Of a stretch of DNA of 64,000 bases, positions 1-11,980 are shown piece by piece (position 1 is the first letter of the stretch; each line of letters begins with the position of its first letter). The notes beneath the pieces are model-generated. The model saw only the letters and a list, made by a program, of their open reading frames with translations, was not told the origin of the DNA and made no database searches. The stretch is taken from positions 1,612,001 to 1,676,000 of the forward strand of contig NW_026781961.1 in NCBI RefSeq assembly GCF_031769215.1. Reading direction: 5' to 3'. This DNA comes from Ylistrum balloti (taxonomy: Eukaryota). Position numbers and translations under genes: made by a program.

Positions 1-161
1 TTTTCTTGCAGAAAATTGACTTTCTGAGGGAAGTATTTGACTATGTATGACTTTCCACATAGTTTGGACCATGTATAACAACAGGTGGCACCACTGGCTG
101 TCAGGGTACAAACAATGATGAAGCCAAGCCAAGTTGGAAACAGGGCCCCAGCTAACAGGTT
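1..161 (-). CDS. TMEM41A: TMEM41A coding exon 3 (runs off window edge): NLLAGALFPTWLGFIIVCTLTASGATCCYTWSKLCGKSYIVKYFPQKVNFLQE
   Basis: Manual translation of the reverse strand after the acceptor tttatcag. It matches the recalled human TMEM41A segment [48 protein letters not shown] (VTT/DedA domain). Phase 0 fits the previous exon. Confidence 0.93.
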
Positions 162-1026
162 CTGATAAACACAAATAAAATCATACAATAGCTGTATATG
201 TAACTGTATCTAATAATGTGAATCAAGAAATTTTTAGATAAAAAAGACCAGAATGGTGTATGTCCTCAAGAAAATAGTGAGCACACAATAGGAAGGAATC
301 AAATAAAGAATATACCCTGCCCTTACTGGAGCTCAGAATAATCAAATATCATGCAGACAGCTAGTCATTATGCAAAAGTGACCTGTATTAAGAACTTGTA
401 CAGTGAACATAGCTGCAAGTTCAAATTATGCTGTATTTTTTTAATACCAACACCCATCCAACTAAACCCATCCAAATGCAAGTTCAGATAACATGTTATC
501 TCTCCTCCAAAGTCAATTAGAACCCTTCCTCGCCCAAGTTAAAAAAAACTATGGTATTCTATCCTCAGTCAGTAAGAATGGATACTATCTATTTGTGTGC
601 CTAGGCTGACATCTATAGTAAATTATGCTTTGAGTAAAATTTTGTCAAAACAATTCTTCCCAGGTCTTACAAGAAAAACACAATCACAAACTTCTGTGAG
701 CTAAATATCAGATTGAATGCTAAGACAAAATATCAATTTATTTGGCTCATGAAATGAGCTAATTAAGATGGTGTCCATATTGTCTCTGTGCACCAAGTAA
801 AATGTCTATGCTCTAACATAAATGATACACCAAAGCATTAAAAATAACTGCACGATTAAGAAATGATAGTTTTGTCTTATTTATAAAGAGCATATACTAT
901 GAATTTTGTTACATTGATACAAAAAAAATCAATTGGGTTTATGTAAAACTGGTACTTGTATTAAAGATACAAAGATGTGGTCTTTAATACAGGTCTGACA
1001 GTATTCTTGTGCTTTATATTTTGTAC

Positions 1027-1183
1027 CATAAACACAGATCCGGGAATGGCAAAGGACTGTTTGTAGAGGTAGGCACTGCAGAACAGCACAAGGACATAGG
1101 GTAAGTGGTCAGTTTTATATTGCTGAAGAAGGACAGCTAGACTGGTCAACTCTTGAAGATTCCGTGGGAACTTCAGGTCCTCA
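1027..1183 (-). CDS. TMEM41A: TMEM41A coding exon 2: EDLKFPRNLQELTSLAVLLQQYKTDHLPYVLVLFCSAYLYKQSFAIPGSVFM
   Basis: 157 bp between a poly-T tract ending gtcatag and the donor ATG|gtac. The hallmark F-C-x-AYLYKQ-x-FAIPGS motif of TMEM41A is present. Confidence 0.93.
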
Positions 1184-1583
1184 CTATGACAAAAAAAAAA
1201 AAAAAAAAAATTACTTCAGTAGAATTATCTGAAACTCAGAGGGACTCTAGGTACCGAATCTGCTACAGGAACTGTTGTGTGACAAAAAGAAAAAAAATTA
1301 TACATCAAAAAGCTTTTAGTGTATACATATAAGTATACTCTGATCTTCCAGATGTTAAATTGGACTTCAATCATCCTTGAGGTGGGAAAGTTACAGGTGT
1401 ACATAACCTGACTTCAGATTGTTTGGTTGAGTAGTATTTGTAGTGGTTAAGTTTACAGCCAGAAATTCAAGGTTTAATTCCAAGCAGAGACATAGAAAAA
1501 TCATGACTAGCAAATTTATGCAGCTAATTTATTTTTAAAAATTCATAAATAATTTATTGTGCAATTCTAAGTTTTATATATAC

Positions 1584-1693
1584 CTAGTACAGTTTTTGTC
1601 TGTGTAGTCCATTTCAGGAAGATTTGTAGAGAGTACATATAAGTATGCCGTGGCAGTTAACACAATAACTGGGAGCCATAATATTGACGCCAT
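1584..1693 (-). CDS. TMEM41A: TMEM41A first coding exon: MASILWLPVIVLTATAYLYVLSTNLPEMDYTDKNCT
   Basis: ATG at 1693 and donor AG|gtatat. The phase-2 junction joins exon 2 in frame. The hydrophobic N-terminus with LYVLSTNLP resembles human LYLLSTRLP. An acceptor (ttttaacag) just upstream of 1779 suggests 1694..1779 is 5' UTR. Confidence 0.85.
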
Positions 1694-2199
1694 CTTTTCC
1701 TCTTTTTCTTTCGCTTTTAGAAACTTTAGAAGCGGTATATCTTTGTCAACTCCACCTGATGCTGAAAATGTAATTACATCTGTTAAAAATATGTAATATT
1801 TTAACTTTACACGACACAGGAAGTCCAAAAACGACTGTTTTTTGTTTGTTTTATTTTTTTGTTTTTTTTTGTGGGGGGAAGGAGGTTGAACGAACTTCAT
1901 GTGTTTCTCATTGAAAGAACTTCGTGTGTTTCTGTTTAATAATATCCTGCATTAAAGTAACTAAATACATGTAGTTATTCACAGACTGAGTTAAATCTCT
2001 CTTGAAAAGTCTTGTAAATTACACCAAAGATATGAGTTAAGAAGAATTTTATTCTCTCTAACAGTGTGTAATACAATGCTGGTAATGACATGATGCGTTA
2101 GAGTGATTGTTCTTCGTAATATACTTATTTTATTTACATAAAAAACACATATATTCCTACTAAACACTGATAAGAAGATAAACGAATTCCAACTTACTG

Positions 2200-2800
2200 C
2201 ATCGTCTGGTTTTGACTTCTCGTTGTCGTTTGCAAGCTTAATCCTTAAAGGGAAAGCCGCATTAACAAGAAGCACTTAAATGACTATGAAGACAAGTTAT
2301 AAATCGGATTCGTTTGAGTGCTTTATTTTAACGCGGTAATAGCAACGTCAGTTGTCCAATGATTTGAGATTGACTGATCTCTCACGAGGTTTGGTGGTCT
2401 AACGTTCAAACCAACGATTTTAAATAAATTGGACGCAGAAAATGATGTTATACATCTGGAACCAAAGACGCTGAATGATCCAGACGGTTCATGAAGTGGG
2501 ACTTCCGCGACTGAGTGGTGACTAGTGTGTTCATGCGAATTCTTATTTTTGTGTGTTCAGAAATCCTTGACGCAATAGTTTTGGACCTCTTCAGAATTGT
2601 ATCTCGCTAGCTACGCTACATCGATGAATTGCAATATGAATACATAAATGGATTGAAATGTGTTGATACTATGAGATTTTTTCAAATTCTTAAAATATCC
2701 ATGCATACGACCTCAAAATCGCTCACCTGAAATGACCTAGACGTGTATCAGTAATGTGATTGTATGCACACTTCCGTTTCTGATAACATCACTAAATCAC
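2200..2800. promoter_or_regulatory. Probable bidirectional promoter region for TMEM41A / MALSU1
   Basis: Locally CpG-enriched region between two divergent housekeeping genes. ETS-type ACTTCCG motifs at 2501 and 2770. A minus-strand donor (GCA|gtaagt) at 2198 implies a TMEM41A non-coding first exon here. TSSs cannot be located from sequence. Confidence 0.5.
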
Positions 2801-3982
2801 AGAGACGCTTTGGTTAGGCTATTAAAATGCCTCATAAGATAACCACACATATGTAACATGAAATCATTACTTGAACGAGAACTAAAAAAGCAAAATAAAT
2901 TCATGATACATATCTGGGTTAATGTGTGCACCTTTAATTTTCTAAATGCTTAGATTAAAGGTTTTATCATTTGACCTTTTCATGAATGAGCCTTATTTCG
3001 TAGTATCACACAAACTCTTAGGAAATAAGACTCTATGACGAGTGTTTGGCTATACTTTAAATTGGTTCAAGCGAGGACAAAAACCAGACTATCAGGCAGT
3101 TCTAAAGATCTGCACTTCACAGCAGTACTACTAAGGATCAGAACTATATATTCATGTGTCACTCTCACAAGACAGATGCAGAATGATAATGATATGGTTA
3201 GCGGAGAGGACGTAGGCGTTTGTATGGCAAGAAACTGAAGCATGCAATGCAAACTGTGGTCAGTGGTACTTGTTACAATACAGATATGCCAAGTCCAGGT
3301 CAATGTCAACATTTGTGTTACACAATATCTTTAGAACATCAGTACCATGGTCACCTGACAACACATACTGTATATTTACCTTCATGACTTATTACACCAT
3401 GTTACACTAGTAAACTTTTTATTTATTCATAATACAAACTTTTCAAATTAAGTTATTTTTTTCATCAGTCTGCAACTCACTACTAAATTCAAGTCAGAAA
3501 TGAGTCACGCAGGTCAGAAGTTCATGTGATACAGCTTGACAAAATGACCACTCAGAAATACATAATAGTGTGCAACCAATATCAAGATGATACTGTCAAA
3601 ATGTTGAGAGTGTCAACACCCTCTATAAAACATCATATTTCTTGATTTTTGCACCTTTTGTCGATGAGTATCATTAAGTTTAAGCAACTTTTTAAATGAT
3701 TAGTTATGATTGATAATATGAAGAAACTAAAAAACTCTAAAAAATAACTGACTAAAAACATGACTGTAACTCATGTACCTATTTCTATGTACATGTTTTG
3801 ATTGTTAATATTGAACATGTATTGATCATTGATATTGAACATGTATTGATCGTTAATATTGATTAGTCAAAAAATACATTAAGCTTACCCAGTGTTCATT
3901 TACTTACAGAATTTGCATCTCCATGAATGAAGGCATGAAGCAGTGACAACAGTCAAAATCCAACAACCAAACTTAATTGAAA

Positions 3983-4760
3983 ATGGATAAATTACATTTT
4001 TTGGGATTGTCATGTACTAGTATGTACACATACACTTTAAGAAACATCAACTCCAATAATTGTTGCCGACTCCTAAAAATGAGGTCAGACAATCTACGGC
4101 AATTCAAAAGATACAAACACTTGTGTCAATTATCCAAGACATCTTCTGTAACTTCTGACTTGACTAAATGTTCAAATCTGATTCACAAACAGACATTTCA
4201 GAACTGGAATTCCCTGTCCATGGTTATATCTTCAAGTTGTCTCCCTTCTTCCAAATCAGCTGCTGATCATTATCGGAGAATTTCGACATTTTCACATCAT
4301 TTTAATGTCAATAAAGATGATGATATACTAAAGGATGATCTATATTTAAAAGACCTTCTAAAAGAGATCAGAGAAGATTTTACTTCATATACCAAATCAA
4401 ATAAACCCTTGCAATCTCCAGATAATGCTGAACAGGATAAAATAAAATCTTTAGAAGAAAATAATGACAAAATAACAGACGAAGAAAAAATTCAAGAAGA
4501 CATCAGTAGCAGTGAAAATGAATCCTCATCTTCAAGTGATAGCTCCGACTCAGATGGTAAGGTGGGGGATTTTGAGTCTGACAGCAATGCTAGCAATAAA
4601 CTTTCACAGGAAGGACATGTCCAAGCCAACCCAACAGCGCCTGATGGTTTAGACATAGGGGGCTTCATTAGTCTGGATGACTTTGAAGAAGTAGAGGAGT
4701 TTCCAGATACATTTGAACCGGAAGAAGTTCCGAAATGGAAATCACCAATTGACCTGAAAA
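3983..4760 (+). CDS. MALSU1: MALSU1 coding exon 1: long N-terminal region (basic presequence-like start, then D/E/S-rich low-complexity segment)
   Basis: ORF 3977..4858; acceptor ttacag at 3909; ATG at 3983. The donor AAA A|gtaaga at 4761 (phase 1) splices to 5652 to give SPIDLKRGVTGVYDIEEL. The exact start ATG is uncertain. Confidence 0.75.
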
Positions 4761-5651
4761 GTAAGATGTCTACAGTTTTAGATACTTCCATTGACACATA
4801 TGATAATGACTGCAATGTACTGCAGCCCAATTCAAGGCTCTGTGACGATCTGTCTTGACAAAAATGGCATGGAAATAAACCCTTCTGACTGTACAATTTC
4901 CTTATGCTAAGCTTTCCTGTTATAATATTCAGTCTATATTGTATAGTGAATATGTGTACTTACATGGTCTCAGGAGTAATAAAATCTTCTTGTGACAACA
5001 TTTACATGATTTCACCCTGAAGCAATGACTACAATATTTTCAATTATAAGTAAACTCATTTATCGGACAACAAGTCAATTCCAGGTTATATAAGCCCACC
5101 CACATTTCATACAGTTTCAGTAGGGTAGTTGACAACAACTGTGTTTGTAATACAAAAATGTTGGTTTATCTTCTGTCTATACCAAAAATCATTTTGTCAA
5201 TCCTATATTTTTATGAAGTTCAAATTTTGTTGATTTTTGAAAGAATACTACTGAGTTAATTTGCCCCCTTCTCCATTTCTGCAGAAACATTTAAATAATG
5301 TTAAAACAGTTAACTAGAAGTAGGTCACAGAAAACCTCTCCTTATGTTTAAATACTAAACTTTTACACTATAGAAGGGGTCTTAAAATTTTGAGGATGAA
5401 TACAGTCTTTGCTGAGTATTTCAATATCAAAATCGGTAGATATTACCTAAGAATTCTACCGATTTTGATTTTAATAATGGAGTGATTATGGGACATGAAT
5501 TCACACAACAAACCCTCGAATTCAATGAAAAAATTGATTCTCAAAAAAAGTATTGATTTTATAGTAATGATTTAGCCCTCCACTCTCCTGCATTCATATT
5601 GCAGCTATGATGAATGTGTTTTAAATACATTGTTGCTTTATTTATTAAAAG

Positions 5652-5830
5652 GAGGGGTAACAGGTGTCTATGATATTGAAGAGCTGGTGGTTTTACTGAA
5701 GGCTGACAATGCCAAAGATGTGTGTGTGATACGTATGCCAGATCACCTAAAGCTTGGTGATTACATTGTTATTGTGACTGCCTGGTCCTATCGCCATATG
5801 AAAGCCATCACTAAAAATGTGGTCACCACC
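5652..5830 (+). CDS. MALSU1: MALSU1 coding exon 2 (RsfS/Iojap domain): GVTGVYDIEELVVLLKADNAKDVCVIRMPDHLKLGDYIVIVTAWSYRHMKAITKNVVTT
   Basis: aag acceptor and gtaagt donor. Matches the recalled MALSU1/RsfS pattern (FDID..VSLLRQENARDICVI.VP......DYFVIVSG.S.RH). Confidence 0.93.
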
Positions 5831-5980
5831 GTAAGTAGTAGCTATGTCTTAATTAATAAACATGATATTATGATGTTTGGCTGACACTGTACATTTCCAT
5901 GATAAGCCTTACAAAGTTTGTAAAAAAGAAATGACATTGACTCATATTCAAGGTCACAGGGTTTACTTTTGTTGAAACAC

Positions 5981-6160
5981 ATTCTTCTTATGAACCAAAA
6001 GACCTAAAATTGTAATTTCTTCTCATGAACCAAAAGACCTAGAATTGTAATTTCTTCTTATGAACCAAAAGACCTAGAATTGTAATTTCTTCTTATGAAT
6101 CAAAAGACCTAGAATTGTAATTTCTTCTTATGAACCAAAAGACCTAGAATTGTAATTTCT
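5981..6160. repeat. 35-bp tandem repeat, ~5 copies (tgaaccaaaagacctagaattgtaatttcttctta), MALSU1 intron 2
   Basis: Units start at 5991, 6026, 6061, 6096 and 6131. Confidence 0.95.
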
Positions 6161-6542
6161 AACTGGTAAGTTACTGGAATGAGGTCTGATGATGATTTTG
6201 GAAAAGAAATTATATACAAGGTCACAGATCAGAGAGGTCCATTTTTGTTTTAGTAAAAACTTCTTATTAACCATAAGGCCTAAAATTACAATATCTGGTT
6301 GTTAACTTACTGTGATGAGGCCTGAAATATTTTCAATGAACTTAGTCCATATTCAAGAATGACATAAGTGTTTCAAAAGGAAATCTTTCTATATCAGTAA
6401 TATATAGATAATTATTCAACCTTTAGAGTTACAAGTGTACTTCTGTTCTTGGTTTAAATGAATGTCAAGCTATCGTGAAAAGCATTTGAAGCCAGTGAGT
6501 GATACAGGCCAATTAGGCTTCAATCAATTTTATGTATTTCAG

Positions 6543-6624
6543 TTTAAGTTAAAGATGAATGTGTCGGATAAATACCCATTGGTTTCTGGAGAAGATGAAG
6601 GAGAATGGGTTGCCTTTGATCTAG
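6543..6624 (+). CDS. MALSU1: MALSU1 coding exon 3: FKLKMNVSDKYPLVSGEDEGEWVAFDL
   Basis: tttcag acceptor and G|gtaaga donor; phases 0/1 are consistent. Carries the RsfS W-x-x-x-D-x-G motif. Confidence 0.92.
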
Positions 6625-7659
6625 GTAAGAATATTATCACTGGCAGAGTTACAAATTCATTTGTTATATGAATAATTACCAAACCTAGCAATGTTTTCTT
6701 CAAGATTAAGTGTAAAAGGATTATCTGGTGGAAAAGAATTCCAAAAAATAACAAGTATATAAAGTAATTCTTTGCTGTTAGTCTAACCACGATCTGTTTA
6801 TATTTATTTTTATGTAGTAATCAAAGGGACTTGGCAAACCCCATGGATTTAGAATTTGTGCCAAGTCCCTGTGGCCCATTCTACTGGTGTCTTCTCACTT
6901 AGCCAACATTTTGGTTTTTGGGGTATACAGGTAAGGTATTTTGTTGGCCAGGTGAGACTAGGTGGGAAAGGTAGAACAATAGGAGATAATTACAGGTAAG
7001 GCAATAGACTGCTTCATAAAACTCCCTACTTTCAAGAGAAAAATAACTGGATATTTAAGAATTACATGAAATTTTATATCGCATTAAATGCATTTACAGT
7101 ATTAACTTACTTATATACCATATATATGAGAAACATAGCTACTATCTTTAGATTATAGAAAAACATAGGAATATCAGAAAGTACACATATAGCTCCTACT
7201 TTTCAATTATAGAATCTTAGAAAAACATAGGAATATAAAAAATACACATATAGCTACTATTTTTCAACTATTTCAATTATTTATGTATATACACATATAT
7301 AGACAGATAAAGTAGCTAGATTTCAAATGTCCTTTTGAATAGGAGTATTATAATGTTCTGTGCATCCGCTATGTCATGAATTAAAATCACCTATTAGTAA
7401 TTCAATGGTAAAAGCTTATAATTTGTATAATTGATACACTATATACGTGAAGGAAATAGATATTCCCACACAAAAGGAAATGAATTAATTCAATTCGATA
7501 CTAGAATGCTTTTTTCACAGCAGAATTTTTCATAACTGATATTTCTTTTTTGGTGCAACACATTCAGTTTATTTCACTATTTTACTGTAAATGCAGTCGA
7601 TGGGAAGCAGCATCAGCATAACCAAGCACATCAATATGTCTATTTCTGTATTGGTCCTT

Positions 7660-8300
7660 CAGTTGACTAAGACGAGAGTCTATGTGGTTTACCTCTGGTC
7701 GAAAGTTGGATCATCTTTGCTTCATTTGTAGCCTGAATTTTCTTCAGAAGCTGAACAGCCGCAAAGATATTCGGATGTGCATGCTGACAGAGCTTGTTGA
7801 CCTTGCTGTGCCATCCCCCAACATGATTTGTCGTCCGTGGGCCATTGTTGTCATATTGGTTCCACAAAGCTACAATCTATCCCTCAACCCATTTTCTATA
7901 ACATAGTCCTTAAATCTTGTAGTTTAAGGGCTGATATCTTCAATGCTGTCTAGGGCAAATAACCACACATCCTCCACTTGACCATTGGGCACTAATGAAG
8001 CACAGCTGCATGTCTCACTAGAGTTTTTAGTTCGTCATCCTGGCGATAGCGTCCAGCCAGTCCACATCCTTGTACTTTCCTCCAGATACACTGTGTGTAA
8101 TGAAAAAAACACGCCTTCACAGTCGCTGTAGAAAACGCACTTTCCACGGCGTTCCTTGCTGCTACCTCAAAGTCCAACATAACTGTCTCTGGAGCGAAAA
8201 CAAAGTTACTCTGAGTCACAGAATCCCTGAGTAAAGTAACCTTCTCCTGTATATCTGTTTTGTCTTGTTGGGTAGAAGGGTAAATACCAAAGGAAACACA
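7660..8300 (-). mobile_element. Mutator/MULE transposase relic (frameshifted, partial) in MALSU1 intron 3
   Basis: Translated pieces FPLVFTLLPNKTKQIYRR, VMLDFEVAARNAVESAF...KACFFHYTQCIWRKVQGCGL and RTTNHVGGWHSKVNK...HPNIF are classic MULE DDE motifs. Stops and frameshifts lie between them. Confidence 0.9.
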
Positions 8301-8329
8301 GTTAAATCAACGTCCTGTCTGTAATTATT

Positions 8330-8550
8330 ACATTGTGCTGCTGATTGTGTATATAACTACCACCTGTGTATCACTTACCACCTGTTTATGTAACTACCAC
8401 CTGGCTATAATTATCACCTGTCTAGAACTATCATCTTATGCAAACCATCTGTTTGCAAATACTGTCTTTCTATCTCTACTACATGTCCATAATTATCATC
8501 TGTGTATGACTGCAACTTTTTAAGTACTATCTGTCTACCACCTGGCTACC
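8330..8550. repeat. Degenerate array of the 17-bp 'ctaccacctgt' satellite family
   Basis: Repeated accacctg/atcatctg cores at ~17-bp spacing; same family as 10860..11740. Confidence 0.7.
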
Positions 8551-9149
8551 TATATCCTGCTCTCCCCTCTGTCCTTGTTAATTCCCTGTTCCACCTCCCT
8601 TCAATACAGGATGTCTGTCTATCCATAGAAAAGAAATTTGTCCAGACAACACCTCCTTTACTTGTCAACCAATATCAGTGAAACTACACTGGGATGTTAT
8701 TAGGGACAATGTGTAGAGGTGCACACAGATTTTTTCCAGCAGAAATTTTGTTTGCCATTGCAACTTTATACAGGTTTTGCATAACGGCCCATAGCTCATT
8801 AGTCCTTCAATCAATTTTAATAAAGTAAGGTCAGATGGTGTCAATTGTCAAAGCCATTAAGCTAAATCATCAAGTGTTTTCAGAACTTTTACTATGGAAA
8901 CATGATGGAGGGCTCTGATTGGTCATGATTGAGATATTGTTCAACAGACAAGTTTAAAGATCTCGCTTCGTTACCCTGTGATAGGAGAGATCCATTCAAA
9001 TATCAGGTGCAGGATGTCAACAGTTTCCATTCAATATGTTTTAGAGCATAAAATATTGACATTGATATCAAATTTATACATAGATTAACCATTGTTGTAT
9101 AGAAAGATGTATTGAGAGGACCAGATGAAAGTCAAACAAGTAACAAGGA

Positions 9150-9440
9150 GACACTGACTGCAAAATGTATAATCTTGATGTCACATTAATTCGTCCATGA
9201 TATTGTGATGCTTAATAAATGTGTAAAGTTTGATAAGAATCCATCAAGGAATCAAATAGAGTGCTAACATTGATTTTCTGAAAATAGTAACATGACCTTG
9301 ACCTTTACCCATCAACTCTGAATCTCAAACTTGTTTAAAATATTTTGATGCTTAATAAGCATGTGAAGTTTGATGAGAATCCCTCAAGGAATGAAGCCTC
9401 TAGCTTTAGAGTGCTGAAAAACGGTAACAGAAGCAGAGAG
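9150..9440. repeat. Non-coding dispersed-repeat fragment with internal duplication (tgaccttgacctt-type element)
   Basis: Two copies of gatgcttaataa...aagtttgat.agaatcc.tcaaggaat flank catgaccttgaccttt, a motif I recall from abundant bivalve non-autonomous elements. Confidence 0.5.
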
Positions 9441-9619
9441 GGTATGGCAGGAGGATGGATGGAGAGAAAGGTATTAGTCCTCAACTTTCAGGGGTAGAGG
9501 ACGAATAACTATAAAACAAAACCAACTAGTCAGAGAATATAGAATGAGGATATACAAGTTTTACCTGATCATAGTGATGGCACTCAGAATTTTCAGTTCA
9601 AGATAATATTCTGTAGAAA

Positions 9620-10020
9620 TTGAGAGTACAGATCAACCTACTAGCCTCAGCTAATGGGAATTTCCATTTAGTCAAGCAGTAGAGAGTCAAGCTAGAGAAT
9701 GATGGGTCACTAGTTTGAATGCTGGCAGTGGCATCGTGTTTGTCACTACTCCTTAAGATTCCTATTAGAGATTTGGCGCCATTGACCACTCGAAGAATAG
9801 AAACTATAGGAGATTGAGATGCTTTCTTGGAGATATTGAACCTAGGTTGTTGTTGTCTTTGGGGACAAAGACTTTGTGAAGGAGGAGGTAGTGTAGGAAA
9901 TGGGAGTACAGATCTTCTTACTAGCATCAGCTGGTGGGAATTCCCCTTAGTTGAGTAGTTGAATGTCTGGCTATATATAGAGACTGAAGGGTCACCAGTT
10001 TGAAACCCAGAAGGGAAGGC
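9620..10020 (+). mobile_element. Two degenerate tRNA-derived SINE-like heads
   Basis: Duplicated segment gtacagatc...tactagc.tcagct...gggaatt.cc.ttag..gggtcac.agtttgaa at ~9625 and ~9905, with decayed A/B-box-like motifs. Confidence 0.35.
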
Positions 10021-10177
10021 TGTTTTTTACCTTCCTATTAAAATTCTGTATACTACTTTCAAAAGAATTGGAGCTAACTAATTAAAACAGAAAGGTATAA
10101 TGCTTTATGAAAATGGGAAGGATACAATGTTGCATTTATTCATGAACTTGCTACATAAAGGCGCTTTAGTCTACGGG

Positions 10178-10390
10178 TTTTAGCTCACCTGTCCCAAAAG
10201 GCCTAGTAAGCTTATGGTATACCACGGCTTTGTCTATCAATCATCCATCTGTCATCCATTATTTTTTACTAATCTTCTTCCCACAAGGATGTTTCTAATA
10301 TTCATGACTAGTAGCAATTTGTAGAAAAAATTGACAAAAGAACGACATGCTGCGGTATCACAATAGCTCACTTGGCCAGGTGAACTAAAA
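10178..10390. mobile_element. MITE-like element with 14-bp terminal inverted repeats
   Basis: Left ttttagctcacctg (10178-10191), right caggtgaactaaaa (10377-10390); 1 mismatch. Confidence 0.7.
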
Positions 10391-10859
10391 CCTATTGTAT
10401 TTTGACATATGATATTATGGTACTGCAACTGAATGGCAAGAAGTACTCGCCCATACAGCATCTTACATTCTTATAAAAACACCACTTATTTCTTTATTTC
10501 AAAACACAACACCACTTGTGTCTGTCGAGAATTTTTATAACAAGATTGTTGGAAATATTGAATTGTGAAATGAGTCTATTATGCTGAAACTTTATATATA
10601 AGAGTTTTGAAGAATGAAAATTGCAAAAGTTTTATTTTCTGAAACATCCCATGTCATTTGGTTGCCATGGTAGCAAAATAAGATCAAAGGGACCTTTTCC
10701 AGATTGATCCTAAACAGGGGAACCAATTTCAATTAAACTATCAGAAATATTATAAGCCATATATAGATCTGAATGCATACAGACTTTTTCTTTATTTTTT
10801 CATAGCAAAAGTTTTGGTTGCAGTGGTAACTTGGTCACTGTATCTGTCTGTAACTAAAA

Positions 10860-11740
10860 CCTGTCCCTATCGATCAAGTCTCTGTAATTATCACCTGTCT
10901 ACAGCTACCACCTGTCTATCAGTTGTCTATAATTAGCACCTCTCTTTATGGATCAAGTCTCTATAGATACCACCTGTCTATCACTTGTCTAACACTATCA
11001 TTTGACTTTAATAACCACCTGTCTCTAACTACCACCTATCAATAACTAGCATTTATCAATAATTACCACCTGTCTACAACTACAACCTGTCTATAATTAT
11101 CACCTGTCTATAATTACCACCTGTCTCTAACTACCACCTATCAATAACTAGCATTTATCTATAATTACCACCTGACTACATCTACAAACTGTCTATACCT
11201 ACCACCTGTCTTCAACTGCCACCTGTCTATAATTACCACTTGTCTATACCTACCACCTGTCTGTATCTACCAACTGTCTACAGCTACCATCTGTCTATAA
11301 TTACCACCTGTCTGTATCTACCACCTGTCTACAGCTACCATCTTTCTATAATTACCACTTGTCTATACCTAGCACCTGTCTGTATCTACCACCTGTCTAC
11401 AGCTACCATCTGTCTATAATTACCACCTGTCTGTATCTACCACCTATCTACAGCTACCATCTGTCTATAATTACCACCTGTCTATACCTAGCACCTGTCT
11501 GTATCTACCACCTGTCTACAGCTACCATCTGTCTATAATTACCACCTGTCTATACCTAGCACCTGTCTGTATCTACCACCTGTCTACAGCTACCATCTGT
11601 CTATAATTACCACCTGTCTATACCTAGCACCTGTCTGTATCTACCACCTGTCTACAGCTACCATCTGTCTATAATTACCACCTGTCTATACCTAGCACCT
11701 GTCTGTATCTACCACCTGTCTACAGCTACCACCTGTCTAA
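10860..11740. repeat. 17-bp-subunit satellite with a 68-bp (4x17) higher-order repeat
   Basis: Subunits ctgtctataattaccac / ctgtctatacctagcac / ctgtctgtatctaccac / ctgtctacagctaccat. Near-identical 68-mers start at 11461, 11529, 11597 and 11665. Confidence 0.95.
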
Positions 11741-11759
11741 AATTTCCTCCTGCTTTTTT

Positions 11760-11980
11760 GGGACTGCAATGGCTCAGTAGTTAAAGCAAATGACCATTTT
11801 ATCACTAGCCCTCTGCATCCGAGTCACAGATTGGAGAATCTCAGAGGGGAATCACCAGGTACCGGTCACAGGTTGTTGGTTTTCCTTCAGGAACCCAGGT
11901 TCTCCTCCACCAAACTAACCTGGCAAATCCTTAAATGGCCCCGGCTGTTTATTTGGTGTAAAGCAATAATACACTTAACC
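11760..11980 (+). mobile_element. tRNA-derived SINE (V/Meta-like central domain)
   Basis: Head gggactgcaatggctcagtagttaaagc (A-box-like). Body ggttttccttcaggaacccaggttctcctccacc resembles the ggttttctccgggtactccggtttcctcc core of V/Meta-type SINEs. Confidence 0.65.

Noticed and set aside
1574-1900. 108-aa ORF as an N-terminally extended TMEM41A
   Set aside because: It runs through a poly-T/acceptor region, and splicing from the 2198 donor puts the extension out of frame (ATG TAA).
4492-4896. 134-aa minus-strand ORF
   Set aside because: Antisense shadow of the low-complexity MALSU1 exon.
11760-11850. tRNA gene
   Set aside because: Only an A-box-like head with a degenerate B box, continuing into a SINE body; no cloverleaf. 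The same holds for 9620..10020 and 56600..56651.
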